Part shown: positions 19,874 to 29,565 of the stretch, piece by piece | Numbering within the stretch: the stretch's first letter is position 1 | Layout of the letters: every line of letters starts with the position of its first letter | Source of the DNA: Candidatus Micrarchaeaceae archaeon | GTDB taxonomy: Archaea > Micrarchaeota > Micrarchaeia > Micrarchaeales > CABMGC01 | Length of the DNA: 64,000 bases | Assembly (NCBI GenBank): GCA_038878295.1 | Contig: JAVZVY010000001.1 | Coordinates: forward strand, 32,001 to 96,000 | Direction: 5' to 3' | Notes under the pieces: generated by a model | What the model was told of the DNA's origin: nothing | Seen by the model: the letters and a program-made list of their open reading frames with translations, nothing else | Database searches by the model: none | Made by a program: the position numbers and the translations under genes

Positions 19874-20470
19874 ATGCAGAGTCTTTTGGAAATAAATTCT
19901 GAAGCACCAGAGATAAGGGCCAACGCATGGTTTCCGGAAACGCATGAAATAAAGGAGTTCAGGCTCAGTAGCAAGCGCGGCAAGTGGGTAGTGCTTACTT
20001 TCTACCCAGGCGATTTCACGTTCGTCTGCGCGACAGATATTGAAGCTTTCATGGAAAAACATGATGAATTCAAAAAGAATGGCGCAGAGATATACGGTAT
20101 AAGCACTGATAGCGTGTATTCGCACAAGGCTTGGAGCGAAACTTCGCCAAGGGTAAAGAAAAGCGTAATACCGCTTATAGAAGACTTCACCAAGAAGATT
20201 GCATCTGATTATGGTTTCCTAAATGCGGAAACCGGAGCCGCAAGAAGAGGCACAGTAATAATAGATCCTGAGGGAAAAGTACAGTACGTATCGATACACA
20301 ATGACGCACTTGGAAAAGACGCAGAACACATCTACACCGCATTTATGGGCCTCAAGTATGTGCATGACACAAAGACAAAAGATGGGCACATGTGCGGCAT
20401 ACCTGCAAACTGGCGCGTTGGCAAAAAGGCACTCGACATAGATATAGTCAACGACATAGGCAAGCTCTGA
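19874..20470 (+). CDS. Peroxiredoxin (AhpC/TSA family)
   Basis: GKWVVLTFYPGDFTFVCATD, STDSVYSHKAW, RGTVIIDPEG and PANW. Confidence 0.92.
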   Translation: MQSLLEINSEAPEIRANAWFPETHEIKEFRLSSKRGKWVVLTFYPGDFTFVCATDIEAFMEKHDEFKKNGAEIYGISTDSVYSHKAWSETSPRVKKSVIPLIEDFTKKIASDYGFLNAETGAARRGTVIIDPEGKVQYVSIHNDALGKDAEHIYTAFMGLKYVHDTKTKDGHMCGIPANWRVGKKALDIDIVNDIGKL

Positions 20471-20568
20471 TTTGCATGCCTTTCATGAATTCGTTATGGG
20501 CAGAGCGGAAGCTATACAAAATAAGAACGAAAACAAAATAAAAGAAATCAACCGCCCAGAAAGTAGGG

Positions 20569-20913
20569 TTATGCTTCTGCGCCTTCGTCTGCGCTTTCGC
20601 CAGAACCAGAAGGCTCAGGATTCGATTCAGAGCTGGCTGCAGACGACGCTTCGCCTATCTTTTCGCCGGTTGCATATCGAGCCCTGACGTCAGTTATCTT
20701 TATCCTTACCTTGTCGCCCTGCTTGGCCCCGCTTACAAAAATCACGAAGCCGTCTTTCTTCGCTATTCCGTCGCCTTTGGATGCGACAGCATCTATGGTC
20801 ACATCCAGTACGTCTCCAACCTTCACAGGTTTAGGCAGAAAATAGTTCGGTTTTATGTCGCGACCTTCCCTATTGCCTCTGCCTTCTCTTCCATATCCTC
20901 TTCTGTCATCCAT
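20569..20913 (-). CDS. Single-TRAM-domain RNA-binding protein
   Basis: PVKVGDVLDVTIDAVASKGDGIAKKDGFVIFV; GGAGG RBS. Confidence 0.9.
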   Translation of the reverse strand: MDDRRGYGREGRGNREGRDIKPNYFLPKPVKVGDVLDVTIDAVASKGDGIAKKDGFVIFVSGAKQGDKVRIKITDVRARYATGEKIGEASSAASSESNPEPSGSGESADEGAEA

Positions 20914-21079
20914 ATACTTTCCTCCGTAGGATTAGCGTTTTACGCCTTACTACTTGATAGTATTAGCAAGCTATTACTTTATAAGTGTTTGCTTTTGCCA
21001 CAACGAGGAATGATTTTGCACAACGCAAAGTGCAGAAAAATATATAAAGGACAACGCATTAATTTGATAGTGTGGTATA

Positions 21080-21394
21080 ATGAGCTATGCCATCTTGGAG
21101 AGGGACCTGGATGAGAATAAGGACCCAAAGAATGCAGTAGAAAGCTTTGCGATAGCACTTGAAGAGGCAAGTGGAGAAATTAGAATGGGGTCTACGCCGC
21201 ACTGGGAACTCAGAAGTCTCATAGAAAATATAGAAAAAGAATACTATGCCGCCGAAACTTCATTTGATTATTATAACCTTTTAGAGAACATAAAGTTGGA
21301 CCTCAGTAATTTCAGGAAAAGGCATCCGAAGGAAGCAGAGCAGCTTGACAATTTCCTTAAGGGGCAGGGCTTAGAATCTGTAATAAGATATTGA
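21080..21394 (+). CDS. Hypothetical acidic helical protein
   Basis: 104-aa ORF with a GTGGT RBS-like sequence filling the gap; no recognised motif. Confidence 0.6.
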   Translation: MSYAILERDLDENKDPKNAVESFAIALEEASGEIRMGSTPHWELRSLIENIEKEYYAAETSFDYYNLLENIKLDLSNFRKRHPKEAEQLDNFLKGQGLESVIRY

Positions 21395-21397
21395 TTG

Positions 21398-22039
21398 CTA
21401 AAGTGCTTTTCTTAATTCTTCAAGGCTATCAAAAATAAAGTCTGGTTTAGCTTTTTTTAAGCTAGTTCGATTTGACATTCCGCCCAGCACAGCGCAAGAT
21501 GTAATGCCGGCAAACTTTGCAGTAAAGACATCGACCGGCATGTCGCCTATGTAGATGCTTTTGCTCTTTTCCGATTTAAGTGACCTGACTATGGTGTTTA
21601 GCCCGTCTGGATAGGGCTTAAATGCGTTTATTTCATCTGCCGAAATTAAAAAATCTATATAGTCGGCCATGCCGAGCATTCTCAGTTCCCTAATCAGTCT
21701 GTATCTCTTGCCATCAGAAAATATGGCTATTTGCTTTCTTTTGCTTCTGAGGTATTGCAGCAATTCTATGGCTCCTTCGCGTGGCTTTGGTTTGCCAAAA
21801 ACAAGGTATATGCTGTATAGGAACTCGTACACCACACTCCAGTGAATTTCGTTCTCTTCTGCATTGCGCATTATTCTAGATTCGCTCATAGAACTTTTAG
21901 TATATTCATTAGCATGGGCTGTTATGTAGTCAGCACCGTAGCGCCTTTTGAAAAATCTTGAAATGCGCACTAGGAATGTTGATGTTGAGAGGGTTCCATC
22001 CCAGTCAAATATAAATGTTCTGTAATCAGAGATTTGCAT
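21398..22039 (-). CDS. HAD family phosphatase (phosphoglycolate phosphatase-like)
   Basis: FDWDGTL, FSDG, KPYPDG and YIGDMPVD. Confidence 0.9.
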   Translation of the reverse strand: MQISDYRTFIFDWDGTLSTSTFLVRISRFFKRRYGADYITAHANEYTKSSMSESRIMRNAEENEIHWSVVYEFLYSIYLVFGKPKPREGAIELLQYLRSKRKQIAIFSDGKRYRLIRELRMLGMADYIDFLISADEINAFKPYPDGLNTIVRSLKSEKSKSIYIGDMPVDVFTAKFAGITSCAVLGGMSNRTSLKKAKPDFIFDSLEELRKAL

Positions 22040-22130
22040 AGGATTAATAACTTTATCAACAAATAAAAGAATATATGATGAAAAATAATAATCGCTGAGC
22101 TATTCGCTGTGAAGAAAGATAGGCGGTCTG

Positions 22131-22997
22131 ATGTATTTGAAAGAAAGCGTCATGCATAAGCTAGGAAAACGTGCTATATCTGTGAGCGATATCGCCAGCC
22201 AGTTCTGGTGCGAGAAGCAAATGGAATTAAACTACATGTATGGCAAAAGGTATACTGAAGCAATGGCTATGGGGAGCAAAATCCACGGAGAGCTCGAAGA
22301 GGCCGCGCATGAGAAGCTTGATGCGGAACCGAAGACATTTACAGATTCTTTATACAAATCTGCATATGAAAACTACTCAGTAATAAGAAAACTTGTGGAG
22401 ATTGGCGTCGGAAGGGAATTGAAAATTTTTGGATCTATAAATGGTTACGCACTCTCAGGCCAGATAGACGAGCTTCTTCTTAAAAACGGAAAAATTACAG
22501 TGGTCGAAAACAAGACCACATCATCTCAAGGCTCTCCTGAGTATGCGTATATTAAATCGCACAAGGTGCAGGTCCTTCTCTATGTAAAGATGCTCGACGA
22601 TATAAAAAGCGGCAAATATAGTTATGATAACTTTTCTGCAAGCTATAACATTGCAGAGAGGAAATTGTCAAAAGAATTTTCGTCAAGATTAAATGAGCTC
22701 GGAATCAGCACCGAAAAAGCAAGCATTGAGGATGTGTTCAAGAGGATGTTCGATTCCATATTGCAGCTTCCGGAAATAAGTAAGAGCACAGAATTGCATT
22801 ACATTGATAAGGTCACACATAAGCAGGTCTATTCAATCGGAATAGATTACAAAGAGGATGAAGTTAGGAATATGCTTGTATATTCGATGAAGTACTGGAA
22901 TGGGGAAAGAGAGGCAAAACCTGTAGATGAAGAAGAAAAATGGAAGTGCACTTCTTGCAGGTTTTTCGGCAAGGAATGTAAGGTATGGTGGTCATAA
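22131..22997 (+). CDS. Exonuclease V (Exo5)/Cas4-like PD-(D/E)XK nuclease with an Fe-S staple
   Basis: SVSDIASQFWCEKQ, IHGELE, GQIDEL, VENKT, QVLLY and C-terminal CTSCRFFGKEC. Confidence 0.85.
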   Translation: MYLKESVMHKLGKRAISVSDIASQFWCEKQMELNYMYGKRYTEAMAMGSKIHGELEEAAHEKLDAEPKTFTDSLYKSAYENYSVIRKLVEIGVGRELKIFGSINGYALSGQIDELLLKNGKITVVENKTTSSQGSPEYAYIKSHKVQVLLYVKMLDDIKSGKYSYDNFSASYNIAERKLSKEFSSRLNELGISTEKASIEDVFKRMFDSILQLPEISKSTELHYIDKVTHKQVYSIGIDYKEDEVRNMLVYSMKYWNGEREAKPVDEEEKWKCTSCRFFGKECKVWWS

Positions 22998-25676
22998 ATG
23001 GTATTGGAGGAAATTAAACTGAGTAAGGAAGCGCTTGCAGAAAAATTCTCAAAAGACTACAAAAGATATTATCATGTTGAACTTTTTGATAAAAAGGGAT
23101 TCACTAGGCACAAATGTAGGATATGTGGCAGCTATTTTTGGAGCATAGAAGATAGGGATGTGTGCGAAAAACCAGAGCATACAAAATACGGCTTTTTCAG
23201 AGACAAACCAAGAAGCATAAGTTATACAGATTTCTGGAAACGCTTTGCAGACTTCTTCAAGAGCAACGGCCATAGCGTCATAAATAGGTATCCAGTAGTG
23301 AGCAGGTGGAGGCCCGATCTTTACTTTACTATAGCAGATGTGCAAGACTTTCAGAGACTTGAAAATGGGCATATAAGCTTCGAATACCCTGCTAACCCGT
23401 TGGTTGTGCCGCAGATATGCTTGCGTTTTACTGACATAGAGAATGTTGGCGTTACCGGAAGGCATTTCACTGGGTTCATGATGGCTGGCCAAAAGGCCTT
23501 CAATTATCCTAAGGAAGGTTATTGGCGAGACAGGACCATAGAATTAAATTTTGAATTCCTTACCAAGGTTTTAGGCATCGACGAAAATGATATAGTATAT
23601 AGCGAAGACGCCTGGGCTATGGGCGACTTCTCTGAATTCGGGCCATGCCTAGAAAGCTATTCAAAAGGGCTTGAGCTGGTAAACAACGTATTCACAGAAT
23701 TCGAGTATTCAAACGGTAAAATAAGCGAACTCGAAGGCAAAGTGGTTGACGTGGGCTGGGGTTTTGAGAGACTGCTTTGGTATTACACTGGCCTTGACAA
23801 TGCATATGAAGCCACATTTGCTAATGTGCTCAGAAAAATAAGAGGCGGGTCTAGCGTAGACTTTGATACCGCACTGTTTAGGAGGTTTGCCGCAGTGTCA
23901 GGGGAATTTGATGTGACTGAAATGAAGAATCCATCAGAAATCGAGAATAAGATATTGAAAAATTCCGGAATTACAAAATCAGAATACGAAAATAAAATAA
24001 AACCTATGCAAGCAACATATGCTATTTTAGACCATATCCGCACACTGTTGTTTGCAATTACTGACAGTGCGCTTCCATCTAATATGGGAGGAGGCTATAA
24101 TCTTAGGGTAATACTGCGCAGAGCTCTTTCGTTCGCAGAGAAATACAAACTGAAACTTGATTTTAATGAAATAGCTGAGCTAATTGCAAGCGACATGAAG
24201 CCGCTTTATCCAGAACTTTCTGAAAGTCTCGATACTTTTGACAAAGTCATTGCGATAGAAAAGGATAGATACAGCAAAAGCATTGCAAACGCTACGCAAA
24301 TTGCTGAGCGCATAATCTCTTCTAGCAAAAGCGTGTCTGCTAAGGAGCTCAAAACTCTTTATGAAAGCAATGGCGTGACTCCCGAAATGTTAAGCGAAAT
24401 AGCTGCAAAGAAAGGTGCAACTATTAATATTCCCGAAGGCGCTTACAAAGATATACTCGAAGGCGATTTCGCGAAGCCTGAAAAAAGAGAAAGGATTGAA
24501 ATAGAGCTTCCGAAACTACCTAAAACAGAAAAACTGTACTACAGCTTCGCAACGAAAGCAAAAGCGAAAGTGCTGTTTGTAAAGGGCAAGTACATAGTGC
24601 TTGACAAGACGCCATTTTACCCTGAGGGAGGTGGGCAGGCAGCTGATACAGGATTTATAGATGATATAAAAATTGATGACGTACAGAAAATCAATGATGT
24701 GATAGTGCATGTTGCAAATGAGGATGTTGAAAACAAACTCCGCGCCGGAGCACTTGTTAGTGCAAGCGTGAATGAAGAAAGAAGAAATAGGCTTATTGCA
24801 CATCATACTGCGACTCATCTCATTAGCGCGGCTGCGAGGGCTGTTCTTGGAAAACACGCATGGCAGGAAGGTGCAAGAAAGGACCCAGAAAAAGCGCATA
24901 TAGACATAGCTCATTATGATAAGCTCACAGAAAAAGAAATAGAGAGTATAGAAACAATGGTAAATAATCAACTAAGGGACGGCATAACAGTAGAAGCAAC
25001 CGAAATGGAGCGAGGAGAGGCCGAGAGCAAATATGGTTTTGCGATATACCAAGGTCACGGAGTACCATCTAAGATAATGAGAATAATAACTATCAGATCA
25101 AAAGACGGCTCGCTTATAGACGCAGAGGCATGCGGGGGATTGCACGCTGTTGGGCGCGAAAATTTAATACGCATTGTAAAGATAATAGATTCGTATAGGA
25201 TACACGATGGCGTCGACAGGATAGTCTTTGTCGCTGGCGATGCCGCATTGGATTACTTTAGGAAAGAGCACAAAGAGCTTGGGCGGATAGCGGAATCCTT
25301 AAATTCTGAATTGGGAAATGCTTATGACGCTCTTGAAAGGTTACAGAAATATGCGCTAGAGCTGCGTAAGAACAATGAAAGTTACAAAGAGATTATAGGA
25401 AACGAATTCGGCGCGTTGCTTGCTGAGAAGAGCATATCAGGCGTTGAGAGGGAGTTTAAAAGGATGCCTGTTGACATGATGAGGAAGATTGCCTCAGGTT
25501 ATATATCGCTCAATCCCAAAGGGTACATACTGCTAAGCAATTCTGATGGCGGTGTAGTCTGCATGAGTGGCAAGGATTCTGAAACAAATGCGCTCGAATT
25601 GCTTAGGAAGAAATTTGGAAGCAAGTTCAGAGGAGGCGGCTCAAAGTCGCTTGCAGAAGGTCGTATAGAAAGGTGA
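22998..25676 (+). CDS. alaS: Alanine--tRNA ligase
   Basis: YPVVSRWRPDLYFTIA, VDVGWGFER, TPFYPEGGGQ, HHTATH, ACGGLH and GGGS. Confidence 0.97.
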   Translation: MVLEEIKLSKEALAEKFSKDYKRYYHVELFDKKGFTRHKCRICGSYFWSIEDRDVCEKPEHTKYGFFRDKPRSISYTDFWKRFADFFKSNGHSVINRYPVVSRWRPDLYFTIADVQDFQRLENGHISFEYPANPLVVPQICLRFTDIENVGVTGRHFTGFMMAGQKAFNYPKEGYWRDRTIELNFEFLTKVLGIDENDIVYSEDAWAMGDFSEFGPCLESYSKGLELVNNVFTEFEYSNGKISELEGKVVDVGWGFERLLWYYTGLDNAYEATFANVLRKIRGGSSVDFDTALFRRFAAVSGEFDVTEMKNPSEIENKILKNSGITKSEYENKIKPMQATYAILDHIRTLLFAITDSALPSNMGGGYNLRVILRRALSFAEKYKLKLDFNEIAELIASDMKPLYPELSESLDTFDKVIAIEKDRYSKSIANATQIAERIISSSKSVSAKELKTLYESNGVTPEMLSEIAAKKGATINIPEGAYKDILEGDFAKPEKRERIEIELPKLPKTEKLYYSFATKAKAKVLFVKGKYIVLDKTPFYPEGGGQAADTGFIDDIKIDDVQKINDVIVHVANEDVENKLRAGALVSASVNEERRNRLIAHHTATHLISAAARAVLGKHAWQEGARKDPEKAHIDIAHYDKLTEKEIESIETMVNNQLRDGITVEATEMERGEAESKYGFAIYQGHGVPSKIMRIITIRSKDGSLIDAEACGGLHAVGRENLIRIVKIIDSYRIHDGVDRIVFVAGDAALDYFRKEHKELGRIAESLNSELGNAYDALERLQKYALELRKNNESYKEIIGNEFGALLAEKSISGVEREFKRMPVDMMRKIASGYISLNPKGYILLSNSDGGVVCMSGKDSETNALELLRKKFGSKFRGGGSKSLAEGRIER

Positions 25677-25680
25677 TCTC

Positions 25681-26232
25681 ATGGCTTACTATACTAGGAA
25701 GGGCGATAATGGCAATTCTTCAACGATCTCGTTTGCTAACATTCCGAAAAGCGATCCTATTTTCGATGCTATAGGCAATGTTGATGAGCTCAACAGCGCC
25801 ATAGGAATCACTATTTCACATATAAGAGATGATACGCTTAAAGGAATGCTTGAAGATGTTCAAAACGACCTTTTTATTTTAGGCGCTGAACTCGCATCGC
25901 TAAAAAATACAGCGATTCCCATAAAGGCTAAAGTAAGCGATAAAATGACAGAAAAGCTGGAAGCTGAAATAGAAAGGCTCTCAGCAAACCTTCCAGAGCT
26001 TAAAGAGTTTGTGATTCCAGGCGGAACTGAAGGAGCAGCATACTTGCAGTTTGCCAGGTCCTTAGCGAGAAGGGCAGAGCGCAGCATAGTTGCGGCTTCA
26101 GCAAAGTACGAAATAGGGGCCGCAATCAAAAAATATGCGAATAGGCTCTCAACTTTGCTCTTTGTCGCAGCCTTGTACGTAAACTTCCAGGAAAAAACTG
26201 CAGAAAGGCATCCTAAATATGGCGAATCCTGA
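25681..26232 (+). CDS. PduO-type ATP:cob(I)alamin adenosyltransferase
   Basis: YTRKGDNG, GNVDELNS, QNDLF, FVIPGG, RRAER and NRLS. Confidence 0.92.
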   Translation: MAYYTRKGDNGNSSTISFANIPKSDPIFDAIGNVDELNSAIGITISHIRDDTLKGMLEDVQNDLFILGAELASLKNTAIPIKAKVSDKMTEKLEAEIERLSANLPELKEFVIPGGTEGAAYLQFARSLARRAERSIVAASAKYEIGAAIKKYANRLSTLLFVAALYVNFQEKTAERHPKYGES

Positions 26233-26233
26233 A

Positions 26234-26692
26234 TCACGCGTTAAAGTATTCTCTGAATTTTGTTGTTATGTAAAGCTTCTTACTTCTTCCACTCCTTTTT
26301 GATGAAAGAAATTCCTTTTCCAAGAGTTCTTTAACATATGCGTATGTTGTTTCACCAAAAATTTTTACTATATTGCTCTGCAGCTCTCCATCGTTCTTGC
26401 TTATATATGCTAGGATTCTAAGCGCGCCTTTTGTTATATCCGGGCCTGCAGCCAATTTGCTGACCATCGAAGCATACGGCTCTTTGACATTTATAGTGTA
26501 TTTGCCTCCTATCTCTGAGATTTCAAGTGGCGTATTCCTTGTGGAAAACTCGCTAACCAGCTCTTTGAGAAGAGACTCAACATAACCTGGAGAGGCGATG
26601 CCTGTTATATCAGACAATTCTTTTATACTCAATGGATTCTGCGACATAAAAAGTGCGGCTTCGATTAGCTTCTTGTAATCAATGCTTTCCAT
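26234..26692 (-). CDS. scpB: SMC-Scp complex subunit ScpB
   Basis: IEAALF...ALRILAYI...LYITTKFREYF; follows scpA. Confidence 0.9.
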   Translation of the reverse strand: MESIDYKKLIEAALFMSQNPLSIKELSDITGIASPGYVESLLKELVSEFSTRNTPLEISEIGGKYTINVKEPYASMVSKLAAGPDITKGALRILAYISKNDGELQSNIVKIFGETTYAYVKELLEKEFLSSKRSGRSKKLYITTKFREYFNA

Positions 26693-26696
26693 CCCA

Positions 26697-27410
26697 TCAG
26701 CTATTAAGCATTATGAATATCTCGCCAAAAAATTTCTCCTGAGTCATGATTATTTTGTTTCTGCTAGCGAGGAACAACAGTGGGACGAATATCTCTAGCA
26801 TAAAGTCCTTACCGCTTAGAATGTTAATCAGCCTGCTGAATGTAAGCATCTTCTCCTTGTCGACATTGCGAACTATCAGAGCGTATAGTTCTTCTATTGT
26901 TTCTTCTATATTGAAGGCATTTAACTGGATTGGGATACTTACAGAGGTCGCATGCATCTGCGTCTCTTTTATGTGCTTAAGCTGCATTGCTTCGTCAAGC
27001 GCTTCCAACAGCTCCTGCAGCGTCACCCGTCTCTTGATGGGCAGTCTAAGCCTAGGCACAAGCTCGTATGTTGGCATTTGGCGCTGGATGGTACCCGTTT
27101 CATCTGCAGCTTCAACCTTTTCTTCTTCTAATTCTATTGTTTCACTTTTGAATCTTAGTAGAATCGATGCGGCAAGTATTATGTTTGCGGGCATACGCAA
27201 ATCCAATATTTTCATAAGCTTTATTTCTTCAATGTATTTGTCAACTATTTCTACTATGTCTATATTCCATGGGTCTATCTTGTTCTTTCGCACCAAGTCT
27301 ATCAGGATATCTTTCCAGGTGACCTCTCTTATTAGGCCTTCGAGGTCTATGCTGCCGCCATTGTTGCCCATAGCTACTGTTTGCGCAAATGCATTTTCAC
27401 CAGTCGCCAT
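26697..27410 (-). CDS. scpA: Segregation/condensation protein ScpA (kleisin)
   Basis: IDPWNIDIVEIVDKY, AASILLRFKS, RRVTLQELLEAL and QEKFFGEI. Confidence 0.92.
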   Translation of the reverse strand: MATGENAFAQTVAMGNNGGSIDLEGLIREVTWKDILIDLVRKNKIDPWNIDIVEIVDKYIEEIKLMKILDLRMPANIILAASILLRFKSETIELEEEKVEAADETGTIQRQMPTYELVPRLRLPIKRRVTLQELLEALDEAMQLKHIKETQMHATSVSIPIQLNAFNIEETIEELYALIVRNVDKEKMLTFSRLINILSGKDFMLEIFVPLLFLASRNKIIMTQEKFFGEIFIMLNS

Positions 27411-27472
27411 GATATTATTTTGTTAAGAAGTAATAAATAACTTACTAGCCAATATAATCTGCGGGGGTCTTT

Positions 27473-28621
27473 TTGTATATAAGAGATCCGCTTCTTGGCA
27501 ACATAATCCTCACAAACTTAGAGAAAGAGATAATTTCGACCAAATACATGCAAAGGCTGAACTACGTAAGGCAGTTAGGTTTTGTTTATCTTGTATATCC
27601 TAGTGCAAACAATTCAAGATTTGAGCATTCCCTAGGCACCATGCAGATAACTAAGGAGATAGCGAAAAATGTTTTTAAAAGAATATCGAGCGACGAGCTT
27701 GAGGAGCTCGCATGCGGAGCACTCTTGCATGATATAGGACACGGCCCTTTCTCACACGTGCTTGATGAAGCTGTAAAAAAATACCTTAAGAAGGACCATG
27801 TCGATATAGGTGAGGAGATTGTAGAGAACACAGAGATTGGGGAGATGATTGAGAAAAAGGGATTGTCAATAAGAGAAGTGGTGCGTAGCATGCATGGCTT
27901 AGGGCGTGGTGGTATAATAGGAGGCAGCCTAGGTTCAGACAGGATAGATTACTTGCTTAGAGATTCTTATCATATTGGCGTTGCATACGGCGTTATAGAT
28001 TATAACAGGATAAAAAACAAGATAGCTTTCGATAAGGAGCCCGTAATATACGAAGAGGCAATAGAGGGAGCAGAATCGATGCTAATAGCGAGGTACTTCA
28101 TGTTTACGTCTGTGTATAATCACCATACCTCTGTTATAGCTAGCGAGATGTTCAAGAAAGCACTTGATGGTGCGATAACCGCGGGCGAGTTTGACCCCAA
28201 GGAGCTGAGCATGCTAACAGATTATCAGCTCATGTACAGGCTTTCGCAATACAAAGAATCAAGGGATATAATAGCAAGAATAAACGAGAGACGCCTTTTC
28301 AAAAGGGTAATCTACAAAGATATAAGTGGAATTAAAAACCCTAAGAGTCTGCTCAATGAAGTTGCAGAAGAACTTGAAAGCGGAGGGATAGGGCAGGAGG
28401 ATTTCGTGACAACGCTAGTAGAATACAAAAGCAATGACAATGACATGCCTGTGATAGACAAGAAAGGCAAGAAGATAGGCATGCTTAGCGAAATGTCACC
28501 GCTTGTAAACACGCTTATAGGCATGCTCAACAATAGAAAGAAGATGCTGGTTGCAAGCTCCCCAGAAACCAGAAAAAAAGCTGAGCGCATAGCCAGCAAG
28601 ATTGTTGATATTTCAAAGTGA
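27473..28621 (+). CDS. HD-domain phosphohydrolase (SAMHD1-like dNTPase family)
   Basis: QRLNYVRQLG, SRFEHSLG, LLHDIGHGPFSH and DRIDYLLRDS. Confidence 0.9.
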   Translation: MYIRDPLLGNIILTNLEKEIISTKYMQRLNYVRQLGFVYLVYPSANNSRFEHSLGTMQITKEIAKNVFKRISSDELEELACGALLHDIGHGPFSHVLDEAVKKYLKKDHVDIGEEIVENTEIGEMIEKKGLSIREVVRSMHGLGRGGIIGGSLGSDRIDYLLRDSYHIGVAYGVIDYNRIKNKIAFDKEPVIYEEAIEGAESMLIARYFMFTSVYNHHTSVIASEMFKKALDGAITAGEFDPKELSMLTDYQLMYRLSQYKESRDIIARINERRLFKRVIYKDISGIKNPKSLLNEVAEELESGGIGQEDFVTTLVEYKSNDNDMPVIDKKGKKIGMLSEMSPLVNTLIGMLNNRKKMLVASSPETRKKAERIASKIVDISK

Positions 28622-29365
28622 CTTTTTATAGCTTTTAATCAGAAATTCGCTCTCTTTGCTGTGCGGCATTCTGGAGATTATCCTTTCGAGCATTGTGTCT
28701 TTGCTCAGATTTTTCAGGCATAAGAGTATCATGTTGCTAACCGTAGGTATATAGATTGTATGCATTTCAAATGCTTCTGACAAGTCCTGCTCGAATTTTA
28801 TGAATTGGCTATCAAACGCTGAGCCTATAGCATTTATGGCAAGAACGCCTGAATTTTTTATGGCTTTGTATGATAGGTCTATGAATTCATTTGTTAAGAA
28901 TTTTGATGGGATAGAACTGCCTTCGTAAGCGTCAAGTATTATTATATCGTAGACGCTGCTAACTGAAGCAACGTAGTCATAGCCGTCTTTATTTATGATG
29001 TTGGCGCTTAATTCAGGGTAGAATTGCCTTGCCATTTCTATCACATCTTCGTGCAATTCTACCACATCTATCTCTACGCTGCCTTTTAGAAAATGGTCAA
29101 ATTGGTATGGAATTGTGCCCCCACCAAGGCCTATTATAAGAACCTTTGGCCTTTCAAATGCATATGCTATAGGGAGAAAGTAGTCCCAATAACTGTGCGT
29201 AAAAACAGTACCTTTTCTGATTCTCGAGTATACGTTACCATTATACAGGAATTCTTTCTCTTTTGTTATAATGTTTTCTCTTATCATGATGTTATGATTG
29301 TAGCTGTGGTTTGAAGCTATTATTTTGTAGCCTAGCAGTTGCATCACTTTGTCTTTTATTCCCAT
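28613..29365 (-). CDS. Spermidine synthase-like SAM-dependent transferase
   Basis: VLIIGLGGG, DVVEL, DG and YDIIILDAY. Confidence 0.8.
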   Translation of the reverse strand: MGIKDKVMQLLGYKIIASNHSYNHNIMIRENIITKEKEFLYNGNVYSRIRKGTVFTHSYWDYFLPIAYAFERPKVLIIGLGGGTIPYQFDHFLKGSVEIDVVELHEDVIEMARQFYPELSANIINKDGYDYVASVSSVYDIIILDAYEGSSIPSKFLTNEFIDLSYKAIKNSGVLAINAIGSAFDSQFIKFEQDLSEAFEMHTIYIPTVSNMILLCLKNLSKDTMLERIISRMPHSKESEFLIKSYKKSL

Positions 29366-29381
29366 ACCATCATTCTGCAGG

Positions 29382-29505
29382 CGCCAGGGTTGGGATTTGA
29401 ACCCAAAATTCCGCGAGGAAACCGGTTTACCTTTTGCATCACTGATCAGCTCTTGAAGCTTTGCAAGCTCAAGACCGGCGCATTACCGGATTCTGCCACC
29501 CTGGC
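29382..29505 (-). tRNA. tRNA-Ser(TGA) with a 40-nt anticodon-loop intron (29428-29467)
   Basis: GCCAGGG acceptor stem, CCGGT-CTTGAG|A-ACCGG anticodon arm, long variable arm and G73. Confidence 0.88.
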
Positions 29506-29565
29506 ATGGTAAATAAGGTGCAATTAAGATATAAAACTCTAACTAATGCGCAGACATACAAAGAA

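Noticed and set aside
22131..22997. CRISPR-Cas locus suggested by the Cas4-like nuclease
   Set aside because: No repeat-spacer array or other cas genes were seen in the window.
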